Shown one piece after another: positions 36,793 through 45,663 of a stretch of DNA of 64,000 nt (positions are counted from its first letter, which is position 1; each line of letters starts with the position of its first letter). The DNA is taken from the NCBI GenBank assembly GCA_021740845.1, contig JAIOYZ010000004.1, forward strand, positions 54,142 through 118,141, written 5' to 3'. Both the position numbers and the translations under genes were made by a program. The notes under the pieces are model-generated. The model did no database searches. It worked only from the letters and a program-made list of their open reading frames with translations, and was not told the origin of the DNA. Source of the stretch: Bacteroidia bacterium (GTDB lineage Bacteria > Bacteroidota > Bacteroidia > UKL13-3).

Positions 36793-38086
36793 GGTTAATT
36801 ATTTATACATAGCCTTTCTTTTAGAATTGGTTTTTTTGTTTTATCGTAAGAACGAATTGGGTGTGTATTTAAGTCCTCTTTTCTTTACTGGGGCGGGTTT
36901 ATTTTTGGCGATTTTTCCTTATTTCCTTCAAAAAAAAAGCAAACCCGAATTAGCCGAATTGTTTCTTGAAACCAATGGAGAAAGGATTCAAATTACCAGG
37001 GGAAACTTAAGAATAATTGCAGGTGTTTTTGTTTTATTTGTAATCGTTTTTGGGATATGGCTGGGTTACTTTATTCGGCAATTCCCTATTGATGTCAACC
37101 AATCGGATATTATTCCATTTATAGAAGATATTTTTTTAAAAAGGTGGGACCAAGGCATTCCTGTTTATTCCACCTATGAAGGTTTTGGTTATGGTGCTTT
37201 TCATCCCAATTACATGCCTTTACATTGGATGTCGTTTTTGGTAAGTTATTACGGAGGCTTTGACCATAGGTGGATGTTATATATTATTTATAGCTTATCT
37301 GTTTTTATTTATTTGTATGTTCTTTTATTAAATTTTTCTTCTTGGAAACGAATCGTATTTCTGTTGTTTCTGCCCTTCCTTTTGGTGTTTTCTATTTTGG
37401 AAAGTCAAGGAAAAGATGCGGTACATACGGTTGAAATAATAATACTAGGGTTTTATTTGATTTTAGGTTTGAGTATTTTTTCGCGAAATTATTTGGTTCA
37501 AGCATTTGGTTTATTGCTTCCTTTATTGTCTAGATATTCCTTTGTGTTTTGGTTGCCAGTTCATTTTATATCTTGGATCAAAACGGATGGAAAAAGATTT
37601 ATTTGGGTGAGTGTTTTTGGCGCAATTTTATTGGGTGTGTTTTTGGTTCCTTTTATAATTTCTTCGCCGGATATGTTTGAAGGATTTAACTCCAATTATA
37701 TGATTGCTGCCATGCGCGAGTGGGGCGGGCAAAGTTGGCAACAGCCGGGAGATAATCCTTTTCAATTGTTTCATGGAATTGGTTTTGCTGCATGGTTTTA
37801 TAATTTGTATCCTGGCCCATTGGAGGCAAGGATTTCAGCCTTAATGACAACCCTAAAATTCACTTCCTTATTTTCGATGATTGGCTTAATGTTATTGACA
37901 CCTAGAATAAAAAAAGTATTGTCGGCCAATATGTTTTCTTTATTGTCGCTAAAATTTATTTTGACCCTATTTTATGCTTTTGTTACCATTCCTTATCTTT
38001 ACCTAAATTGGGTTTCACTCATTATAAGTATTGTAATTTTATCTCGCATTGCTGAACCAAAACTAGAAAAGGAAACTGCCATATGA
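36782..38086 (+). CDS. Polytopic integral membrane protein (possible GT-C-type glycosyltransferase)
   Basis: 434 aa with at least 10 hydrophobic segments. It overlaps the upstream gene by 11 nt and the downstream GT2 gene by 4 nt (ATGA). The family was not recognised from sequence alone. Confidence 0.6.
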   Translation: MKNKVNYLYIAFLLELVFLFYRKNELGVYLSPLFFTGAGLFLAIFPYFLQKKSKPELAELFLETNGERIQITRGNLRIIAGVFVLFVIVFGIWLGYFIRQFPIDVNQSDIIPFIEDIFLKRWDQGIPVYSTYEGFGYGAFHPNYMPLHWMSFLVSYYGGFDHRWMLYIIYSLSVFIYLYVLLLNFSSWKRIVFLLFLPFLLVFSILESQGKDAVHTVEIIILGFYLILGLSIFSRNYLVQAFGLLLPLLSRYSFVFWLPVHFISWIKTDGKRFIWVSVFGAILLGVFLVPFIISSPDMFEGFNSNYMIAAMREWGGQSWQQPGDNPFQLFHGIGFAAWFYNLYPGPLEARISALMTTLKFTSLFSMIGLMLLTPRIKKVLSANMFSLLSLKFILTLFYAFVTIPYLYLNWVSLIISIVILSRIAEPKLEKETAI

Positions 38087-38997
38087 AAATTTCTATAGTT
38101 AGTCCTGTTTACAAAGCCGAAAATATTGTAGACGAATTGGTTTCTCGAGTAGAGAAAGTAATGAAAGAAATGAAACTTGATTACGAATTAATTTTAGTTG
38201 ATGATTGCGGTCCTGATGATTCTTGGAGTAAAATAGTTAGCAATGCACAAAGAAATTCTTGTGTAAAAGGAATCAAATTAAGTAGAAATTTTGGTCAGCA
38301 CCATGCTATCACAGCTGGTTTAGACGCCTCTGTAGGAGATTGGGTGGTGGTTATGGATTGCGATTTACAAGACCAGCCAGAAGAGATTTTGAATTTATAT
38401 AAAAAGGCTCAGGAAGGTTTTGATATTGTATTTGCAAGAAGAGCCAATAGGCAAGATTCGTTTTTTAAACGATTGAGTTCTGCAGTGTTTTATAAGGCTT
38501 TTGCTTATTTGTCGGGAGTGCCACAGGATGGAACAATTGCAAATTTTGGTATATATAGTCGTAAAGTAATTGATGCTATTAATAGTATGCGAGAACCCAT
38601 GAGAGCGTTTTCTCCAATGGCCAAATGGGTGGGTTTTAAAAATACTGCAATTGATGTGAACCATGCCGAACGATTTGAAGGTTCCACATCCTATAATTGG
38701 AGTAAACTCATAAATTTAGCCTTGGATATTTCTATGGCTTATTCTGAAAAGCCCTTGAGAATGGCTGTTAAGGCGGGTATTACCATTTCGGTTTTGGCTT
38801 TTGTTTTTGCCATTTATAATGTGGTGGCTTATTTTTTAGGTTGGATTCATATTATGGGCTATGCCAGTTTAATCATATCAATTTGGTTTTTCTCTGGATT
38901 AATCATTTTAAGTTTAGGCGTAGTTGGTTTATACATTGGGAAAATATTTGATAGCGTAAAAGACAGGCCATTGTATATTATAGACAAGACTATTTAG
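38083..38997 (+). CDS. Polyprenyl-phosphate glycosyltransferase, GT2 (ArnC/GtrB-like)
   Basis: Colinear with the ArnC/GtrB pattern: SIVSPVYKAE, LVDDCGPDDS, SRNFGQHHAITAG, VMDCDLQDQPE, RQDSFFKR, plus two C-terminal TM helices and GKIFDSVKDRPLY. Confidence 0.85.
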   Translation: MKISIVSPVYKAENIVDELVSRVEKVMKEMKLDYELILVDDCGPDDSWSKIVSNAQRNSCVKGIKLSRNFGQHHAITAGLDASVGDWVVVMDCDLQDQPEEILNLYKKAQEGFDIVFARRANRQDSFFKRLSSAVFYKAFAYLSGVPQDGTIANFGIYSRKVIDAINSMREPMRAFSPMAKWVGFKNTAIDVNHAERFEGSTSYNWSKLINLALDISMAYSEKPLRMAVKAGITISVLAFVFAIYNVVAYFLGWIHIMGYASLIISIWFFSGLIILSLGVVGLYIGKIFDSVKDRPLYIIDKTI

Positions 38998-38998
38998 T

Positions 38999-39679
38999 AT
39001 GGAAATAACGAGGCTAAATTGGGATAGTGATTTCTTTGGATATGAAGTTTCTTCAGCATTAAACTTTACAGGTACAGGTGAAGAAATTCAAGAATTACAA
39101 GGAGATAAATCTCGATTAATTTATGCTTTCTCAAATCAAAAATTAAATGGCCTTCCAAGCAACTTTTTTCTTGCCGACGAGAAGATTATTTTAGGTTCAA
39201 ACCTAACAGAAAATAATACAATATTGCCAGATGCGGCCATTGTTGAATTGAAAGAAAATACACCAGAATTAATGGGTTTGGCGCTTCAAAGCGGAGAATT
39301 TTCTAGGTTTAAGGTTGATCCAAATTTTGTGAATCACGAGTTTGAAAACTTGTATGCAAAATGGATTGAAAATTCCTTCTTGCCCGAGAAGAATACCCGT
39401 GTTTTTGCTTACCAAGAAGGTAATAAAATCTTGGGTTTTATAAGCATTGCTAAAAAGGAAAATAAATCAGAAATTAGTTTGATAGCAGTTAGTTCCCAAG
39501 CTAGAGGATTAGGTATTGGTTCAAAACTAATTGAAAAGGCTTTTTTTGAAGCTGCAAGTAATGGAGAAACTGAAATAACAGTGGTTACGCAAGGCCAGAA
39601 TTTACAAGCGATGTCATTTTATTTGAAAAATAAGTTTAGCGTTTTATCTAAAAATTATATTTACCATATATGGAAGTAA
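38999..39679 (+). CDS. wecD: GNAT acetyltransferase resembling dTDP-fucosamine acetyltransferase
   Basis: L.WDSDFFG N-terminus, SRFKVDP, YAKWIENS, and a GNAT core (RGLGIGSKLIE) ending Y.YHIWK, parallel to E. coli WecD. It overlaps the wecE-like gene by 10 nt. Confidence 0.65.
   Translation: MEITRLNWDSDFFGYEVSSALNFTGTGEEIQELQGDKSRLIYAFSNQKLNGLPSNFFLADEKIILGSNLTENNTILPDAAIVELKENTPELMGLALQSGEFSRFKVDPNFVNHEFENLYAKWIENSFLPEKNTRVFAYQEGNKILGFISIAKKENKSEISLIAVSSQARGLGIGSKLIEKAFFEAASNGETEITVVTQGQNLQAMSFYLKNKFSVLSKNYIYHIWK
39194..39203 (+). repeat. Copy of the over-represented dyad motif (core GGTTCAAACC)
   Basis: ttaGGTTCAAACCtaa, inside a CDS and read as LGSNLT. Confidence 0.8.
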
Positions 39680-40830
39680 GCACAAGCATTCCTTTTAATA
39701 AGCCTTACCTTACCGGAAAGGAAACACATTATGTTTACCAAGCGGTAGCAAGTGGTAAAATTTCTGGCGATGGTTTGTTTACCAAAAAATGCCATCAGTT
39801 TTTTGAAGAAACTTTTGGGTTTTCAAAATGTCTGTTAACTACTAGTTGCACCGATGCTCTAGAAATGGCTGCTATTTTACTAGATATGCAGCAAGGAGAT
39901 GAAGTGATATTGCCCTCGTATACTTTTGTTTCAACAGCAAATGCCTTTGTTCTACGAGGTGCTAAATTGGTTTTTGCAGATAGCGCCAAGGATAATCCTA
40001 ATATGGATATTCATAGTCTTCGTGGCTTAATTACTTCAAAAACTAAAGTAATTGTTCCTGTGCATTATGCTGGTATTGCTTGCGATATGGATGCATTGAT
40101 GGATTTGGCAAATGAGTTTGGAATCTATGTGGTTGAAGATGCTGCACAAGCTGTAGATTCTTGGTATACCAGCAAAGATGGTAGTAAAAAGCCATTGGGA
40201 AGTATTGGTCATATGGCTGCATTTTCTTTTCATGAAACCAAAAATATCATGAGTGGAGAAGGAGGGATGTTAGTTATAAATGATCCAAAATTTGCTGCTC
40301 GTGCTGAAATTATTCGTGAAAAAGGAACCAACCGTTCTGCGTTTTTTAGAGGTGAAATAGATAAATATGGTTGGGTGGATATGGGAAGTTCTTTCTTGCC
40401 ATCCGATATTTTAGCGGCCTTTCTATTTGCTCAATTAGAAAACCTAAATGATATTCAAAATAAGCGGAAAGAGATATGGAATTTTTACCATGCAGGAATG
40501 ACCGAACTTGCAAGTGCAGGGAAAGTTACCTTACCTTTTATTCCTGATTGGGCAAGTAATAATGCCCATATGTATTATATTGTTTGCAAATCACCTACGC
40601 ATCGCCAAGGTGTAATTGAGGCCTTAAAGAAACAAGGTATTATGGCCGTGTTTCATTATTTGTCGTTGCATAAATCTGAGTATTACAAAGACAAACACGA
40701 TGGAAGAGAGCTTGTAAATAGTGACCACTACAGCGATTGTTTGGTGCGTTTGCCTATGTATTATGAATTAACAACCGCCCAACAAGAGCTTATTTTAAAA
40801 ACTATTTATACCTATTTTCTTTCGGTTTGA
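39670..40830 (+). CDS. wecE: dTDP-4-amino-4,6-dideoxygalactose transaminase (DegT/DnrJ/EryC1 family)
   Basis: Long colinear identity blocks with E. coli WecE: IPFNKP, GDEVILPSYTFVSTANAFVLRGAK, VIVPVHYAG, VVEDAAQ, FSFHETKN, AEIIREKGTNRS.FFRG..DKY.W.D.GSS, NAHMYYI, IMAVFHY. Confidence 0.85.
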   Translation: MEVSTSIPFNKPYLTGKETHYVYQAVASGKISGDGLFTKKCHQFFEETFGFSKCLLTTSCTDALEMAAILLDMQQGDEVILPSYTFVSTANAFVLRGAKLVFADSAKDNPNMDIHSLRGLITSKTKVIVPVHYAGIACDMDALMDLANEFGIYVVEDAAQAVDSWYTSKDGSKKPLGSIGHMAAFSFHETKNIMSGEGGMLVINDPKFAARAEIIREKGTNRSAFFRGEIDKYGWVDMGSSFLPSDILAAFLFAQLENLNDIQNKRKEIWNFYHAGMTELASAGKVTLPFIPDWASNNAHMYYIVCKSPTHRQGVIEALKKQGIMAVFHYLSLHKSEYYKDKHDGRELVNSDHYSDCLVRLPMYYELTTAQQELILKTIYTYFLSV

Positions 40831-40833
40831 ACC
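40824..40833 (-). repeat. Copy of the over-represented dyad motif (core GGTTTGAACC on + strand)
   Basis: ttcGGTTTGAACCaaa. Its TGA (40828-40830) is the wecE stop codon, and the motif fills most of the 11-nt gap to the convergent gene. Confidence 0.85.
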
Positions 40834-40841
40834 AAAGAAAA

Positions 40842-42230
40842 TTAGTTGCGAATAAATACACCAAATGTTCTTTTTTCTCCTTGTTCATTGGTGAAATTTA
40901 GAATGGTGTCTTGATGAATTAAGGTGTCGTTTTGTAAGTTGGATAAACTTAAACCGCTTTCGATTTGAAAGTACCAAGGATCGTATAAAATAACCTCACC
41001 ACTTTTGCTTTCTTTGGTATATCCAGCAAACTTCCAATTGCTTTCGTCATATACATTTCTATTGGTAAATAGAGCAAAGCTAGATTCTGCAGAAACATAG
41101 GTTTGTGTTGGGTATTTTTTTATCAGATAAGGCGCTATTGCAGATTTTATGAAAACCTGTTCTTCACTTAGCTGAGTAGATTTTTTGAAATCAATGGAAG
41201 CAGGGTTGTTTAAGAACGGAAAAATGAGAATAGCTACTAGTAAAACTATACCTAATGGTCTTTGAAAAAAGCTTGGTAATGTGTTTAGTAAATCAGAGAA
41301 TCCAATTAAAATGATAATGCCAAGTAAAGGGAATATGGTAACCAAAACTCGGTTCAAACCCATTGAATTAAAAATGCCCAAAGCCCAAAAAATAGTATGA
41401 GCTAAAACAAAGGCAACAGAAATTCCATACACTAGAAATAGTTGTTCTAAATTTATTTTAAGGTTCGGTTTGAACCAAGATTTTATTTCGAAAAAAACGC
41501 CTAGGATCAAACCGAAAAATAGGATAGGAGCAAGGCAAAAATAGAGTTGTTCTATAAAATGAAACCAAGTGCCTTTACCATAAACACTAGATGCCGTGGC
41601 GTATGGAATTTTAGTGAAAACCCATAATAAGTCTTTGTGAAAATACCAACCCGCAAATGAATAAACTACATGACCAAATAATAGCCATGGAATTAATTTG
41701 AATTTCTTTTTAAATAGCAAATAGGTTAGGATTACTAATAAAATTATCAATCCTTCTGAGCGCACAAAGGGAAGTAGCGAGCTTAAACTAATTGATAGAA
41801 TTTCTTTTTCTTCTAACCATAAATACACCCCAATTATAACTACTAGCGCCGAAAATGGTTCTGTTAAACCAGAAAGCATTACAGGGAAATAAAGTGGAGC
41901 GCATAAAACAAAAATTGGAGTAAAATACCAATAGTTTATTTCTAATTTTCTTGCCACTTGGCCTGCAAACCAAGCAGAGCTAATTGCGCATAAAACATTA
42001 AATAGTTTAATGCCTTTAAATCCAAATTGAGCAAAAGGTGATGCTATTAAACTGAAAAAAGGTTTGCCCCAATGGTCGAAAAATAAGATGGGCATTTTCC
42101 ATGAATACTTTGCAATGATGTAATGAGTAATGCTATCGCCAACATTACCCAAACCGTCTGTAAAAAGTGCAGTGAGAAGGCAAGCTATGCTTATTAAGTA
42201 AAAAAGAAATTGGGCTATTTTTTTGTCCAA
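40842..42230 (-). CDS. Polytopic integral membrane protein (possible GT-C / ArnT-PMT-like glycosyltransferase)
   Basis: 462 aa: an N-terminal multi-TM region followed by a soluble C-terminal domain of about 110 aa. Adjacent to a DPM1-like GT2. The family call is by architecture only. Confidence 0.6.
   Translation of the reverse strand: MDKKIAQFLFYLISIACLLTALFTDGLGNVGDSITHYIIAKYSWKMPILFFDHWGKPFFSLIASPFAQFGFKGIKLFNVLCAISSAWFAGQVARKLEINYWYFTPIFVLCAPLYFPVMLSGLTEPFSALVVIIGVYLWLEEKEILSISLSSLLPFVRSEGLIILLVILTYLLFKKKFKLIPWLLFGHVVYSFAGWYFHKDLLWVFTKIPYATASSVYGKGTWFHFIEQLYFCLAPILFFGLILGVFFEIKSWFKPNLKINLEQLFLVYGISVAFVLAHTIFWALGIFNSMGLNRVLVTIFPLLGIIILIGFSDLLNTLPSFFQRPLGIVLLVAILIFPFLNNPASIDFKKSTQLSEEQVFIKSAIAPYLIKKYPTQTYVSAESSFALFTNRNVYDESNWKFAGYTKESKSGEVILYDPWYFQIESGLSLSNLQNDTLIHQDTILNFTNEQGEKRTFGVFIRN
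41351..41360 (+). repeat. Copy of the over-represented dyad motif (core GGTTCAAACC)
   Basis: ctcGGTTCAAACCcat, inside a minus-strand CDS and read as GLNR. Confidence 0.8.
41467..41476 (-). repeat. Copy of the over-represented dyad motif (core GGTTTGAACC on + strand)
   Basis: ttcGGTTTGAACCaag, in the same CDS and read as WFKP. It forms an inverted pair with the copy at 41351. Confidence 0.8.
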
Positions 42231-42242
42231 ACCTTTGCGTAT

Positions 42243-42956
42243 TTAAGCATTAAACAAGCCGTATTTTAAGATGCAAAAAACAGCTCTAAAACCATCTTTC
42301 CAGTTTATTTTTTTTCCTTCGGCATAGGTTCTTCCATAATAAGAAATGCCTACTTCATAAATTCTAATATTGGGAATTCTACTAATTTTTGCAGTTACTT
42401 CGGGTTCAAAACCAAACCTGTTTTCTTTTAATTGAATGCCTTTTATAATGGGTGCTTTAAATAATTTATAGCAGGTTTCCATATCGGTAAGATTAAGGTT
42501 GGTAAACATATTGCTACCAAAAGTGAGAATCTTATTGCCTATAGAATGCCAGAAAAATAATATCCTATGTGGGTTTCCTCCCATAAATCTAGAACCATAA
42601 ACAACATCCGCAAATCCATCCAACATGGGTTTCAATAGGATGTTAAATTCATTTGGGTCGTATTCTAAATCTGCATCTTGTACTATTATAAAATCACCTG
42701 TTGCTTCTTTAATTCCTGTATGAATAGCGGCACCTTTACCTTTGTTTACTGGGTGCTCAACCAGTTTTATTTCTGGTCGGTTTTCCATGTATTTCCTAAT
42801 TACCTCACTGGTTTGATCCGAAGAGCAATCATTTACAATAACAATTTCTTTTTCTAGTCCTTGTATTAATTGAACAGCTTCTACCTTATCCAAAATAAGG
42901 TGAATGGTTTTTGCTTCGTTATAGGCAGGTACAATAATGCTGAGTTTTTGAGCCAT
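42243..42956 (-). CDS. GT2 glycosyltransferase (dolichyl/polyprenyl-phosphate sugar synthase-like, DPM1 type)
   Basis: [28 protein letters not shown], and GSRF motifs. A soluble 237-aa form. Confidence 0.85.
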   Translation of the reverse strand: MAQKLSIIVPAYNEAKTIHLILDKVEAVQLIQGLEKEIVIVNDCSSDQTSEVIRKYMENRPEIKLVEHPVNKGKGAAIHTGIKEATGDFIIVQDADLEYDPNEFNILLKPMLDGFADVVYGSRFMGGNPHRILFFWHSIGNKILTFGSNMFTNLNLTDMETCYKLFKAPIIKGIQLKENRFGFEPEVTAKISRIPNIRIYEVGISYYGRTYAEGKKINWKDGFRAVFCILKYGLFNA

Positions 42957-42961
42957 AGGAA

Positions 42962-44260
42962 TTATTTAGTTGGCGAAGTTAAGAAATGAATGAAGATTTC
43001 AAAGTCGCTCTTTTCTATTGAATCTGGCCAACAAGAATCATAGGTATACATGAATTTTAAATTGAAAGCCACCAGAAATATAATGATTAATATGAAAGCG
43101 ATTTGCCCAAATTTACTTGGCAAATTTTGGACATACTTAAAGCTACTTGCCAAGGCAATTGCCAAGATTGGGTAGATGTCTACAAAACCTCTATGGCCAT
43201 AAGAACAGCCCAATTTATAAGCCCACCAACTTGCATATATATAGGTGCATACGATAAAGGAAATCAATGCCAGAAGTGCTAATTTTTTATTGTTTTTGCC
43301 TAAGATAATAATACCGCCAAGGGTAAATAAATGCAGTGGATTGGTGCTAATTAATCCATTTTCAAAACCAACTAAAACCTCCATTATTTTGGGGTGATTC
43401 CAAAAAATAAAACCTTCATTTTTATAGGAATAAAATAGCGGACTACCAGATAAATAAAGGTTGTATAAAATTTGTGGACTAAGCACCAGAATTGCTAATA
43501 CTATTGCTAAAGCCCAATCTACCAAGCTTCTTTGTTTTGCTAATTGAAATGGTTTTGGAATGGAGAAAAGACAAATGAAAATAAAAACAACATTTAATTG
43601 TCGTACCAAAATTACCATGCAAAATAAAGCAATAAGAGTTAGCCAATTTTTTCTCTTAGGGTTTTCAGAAAACCTTTTTAAAAACTCAAGAATTGCCGAA
43701 AACAAGAAGAATGAATATACATGAGAATAGGCTCCTTCAAAAAAGCTATAATAAAACAAATTGCTTCCTAGAAGTAAGGCTGCTAAACTTAAGAAAACGA
43801 GTTTAGGTTCAAAAAAACGTTTTAGAAATTGGCCTAAAAAAAAGAGTCCCGCTAATAGGTAAAATATAGCAGCTAAGTCAATAAAATTCTGGTAGCTTTT
43901 GTTAAAACCATCCTCATTCCCACCTGTTAGAATTTGAAAAGTATGAGCTGCCAAGAAGAAAGGAGCCTCCAAAATAGCTGTTCCTACAGGGTATTTACTT
44001 TCAACCTTATTAGTTATTGGGTTTAAATAAAATCCATTTCCAGTTAAGGAATCTACTTTCTCAGGGAATTGATTGGACTTAAAATCGTAAAGAAAAAGGG
44101 CAGGTAAATACACATAGTAACCTGCCTTATCCGACATGATTAGGCTGCTATAAGTATAAACTTTAGATCTACTATGCTTATTAAATGCTAAGAAAATAAA
44201 AAGTGCCGCTAAGGGAATCCAAAGGAGTTTTCTATAATTCTTACTTAATTCCATTAGCAC
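42962..44260 (-). CDS. Polytopic integral membrane protein (possible GT-C-type glycosyltransferase)
   Basis: 432 aa with at least 10 hydrophobic segments, directly upstream (5-nt gap) of the DPM1-like GT2. Confidence 0.6.
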   Translation of the reverse strand: MLMELSKNYRKLLWIPLAALFIFLAFNKHSRSKVYTYSSLIMSDKAGYYVYLPALFLYDFKSNQFPEKVDSLTGNGFYLNPITNKVESKYPVGTAILEAPFFLAAHTFQILTGGNEDGFNKSYQNFIDLAAIFYLLAGLFFLGQFLKRFFEPKLVFLSLAALLLGSNLFYYSFFEGAYSHVYSFFLFSAILEFLKRFSENPKRKNWLTLIALFCMVILVRQLNVVFIFICLFSIPKPFQLAKQRSLVDWALAIVLAILVLSPQILYNLYLSGSPLFYSYKNEGFIFWNHPKIMEVLVGFENGLISTNPLHLFTLGGIIILGKNNKKLALLALISFIVCTYIYASWWAYKLGCSYGHRGFVDIYPILAIALASSFKYVQNLPSKFGQIAFILIIIFLVAFNLKFMYTYDSCWPDSIEKSDFEIFIHFLTSPTK

Positions 44261-44283
44261 TATTTATTAGGTTAAATGGTTGT

Positions 44284-45654
44284 TTAGTCGGCCTTCTTTT
44301 TAGAATCAAACAATTCTTCTTTGCTTACTTCTTTTACCAAATCATTGTGCTTAAGAGTTTTTGAGATAGCGCTATAGGGTCCAGAAATAATGCTTTCGCC
44401 AGCACTTAAACCTTCTGTAATTTGAATAAACTTATCATCTTGAATTGCAGTTTTTACTTTCCTAATTTTTGCTTTTCCATCTACCAAAACATATACTACT
44501 TCAAACTCTTCTTTGCTCTCGTCTAATAAGTTAGATTTTGGCTTTTCATCATCATCTACTTTCAGAGTGTCTAATGCACTTTCTGGTCTAATACTTACAG
44601 CTTCAATTGGAACTGCAATTACATCTACAACTCTTTCTGTTTGTATTTCTACACTGGCACTCATGCCTGGTCTAAACACAGATTTACGCTTGCCAAATTG
44701 TTTGGTTAGGTCTTCGTAACTAGTTCTCAATATTCTTATTTTAACCACAAAATTGGTTACTTGATCGCTGGTTGTTGCGGCAGAAGTGGTTGCACTATTT
44801 GCAACTTCGGTTACAATGCCTTTAAATTTTCTATTAGGATAAGCATCTACTTCAATATTTGCTGTATCACCTAAACCTACTTTAATAATATCGTTTTCAT
44901 TTACATCAACACTTACCTCCATATCGTTTAGGTTGGCAATGCGCATCATTTCTGTTCCGGCCATTTGGGAAGTTCCTACCACACGTTCACCTTGTTCTAC
45001 ATTTAGTTTAGAAACAATTCCACTAACAGGGGCAAAGATTTCTGTTCTTGTTAAACTCTTTCTAGATTCTTTTAAGGTAGCCTCAAAACTTTTCACATTA
45101 TATTCTGCACTCGAAACGGTTTGTTTTCCAGCTTCTACTTCACCTTTTGCATTTAAATAGGTGCTCTTAGCTGTTTCAAATTCTCCGTCAGAAATAAGTT
45201 TCTGTGCATACATTTTTTTGTTTCTTTCGTAAGCTGCAGAAATTTCTTGAAACCTTGCTTCGGCTTGTGCCAAACGTGCTTTTGAGGCAGACAATGAGGC
45301 TTTGGTATTATTCAATGAAGCTTCGGAGCGGTCTAATGCAGATTGGTATAATTCTGGGTCAATGCGTGCCATTAGTTTGCCTGCAATAACAGAATCTCCT
45401 TCATGAACATATAAAGCTCTAATTTCACCAGAAACATCAGAGCTAATTTTAACTTCTTTTTCTGGTTGCACTCTACCATTGGCTGATACTGTTTCAATAA
45501 TGGTTTTCTTTTCTACTTTTGCCACGGTTACAGGCATTCCTTCTGGCTTGCCAATCCAACCAGCTTTTTTGCCAATTATGGCTATAACAATTAAAATAAG
45601 CACCCCAACTCCTAGGTAAATGAGGGTTTTATTTTTCTTTTTTTCTTGAGTCAT
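44284..45654 (-). CDS. Efflux periplasmic adaptor (HlyD/MacA membrane-fusion family)
   Basis: N-terminal TM, a lipoyl-like domain (SDVSGEIRALYVHEGDSV), a long coiled-coil hairpin, and beta-barrel domains. Confidence 0.85.
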   Translation of the reverse strand: MTQEKKKNKTLIYLGVGVLILIVIAIIGKKAGWIGKPEGMPVTVAKVEKKTIIETVSANGRVQPEKEVKISSDVSGEIRALYVHEGDSVIAGKLMARIDPELYQSALDRSEASLNNTKASLSASKARLAQAEARFQEISAAYERNKKMYAQKLISDGEFETAKSTYLNAKGEVEAGKQTVSSAEYNVKSFEATLKESRKSLTRTEIFAPVSGIVSKLNVEQGERVVGTSQMAGTEMMRIANLNDMEVSVDVNENDIIKVGLGDTANIEVDAYPNRKFKGIVTEVANSATTSAATTSDQVTNFVVKIRILRTSYEDLTKQFGKRKSVFRPGMSASVEIQTERVVDVIAVPIEAVSIRPESALDTLKVDDDEKPKSNLLDESKEEFEVVYVLVDGKAKIRKVKTAIQDDKFIQITEGLSAGESIISGPYSAISKTLKHNDLVKEVSKEELFDSKKKAD

Positions 45655-45663
45655 AATTCTTTA

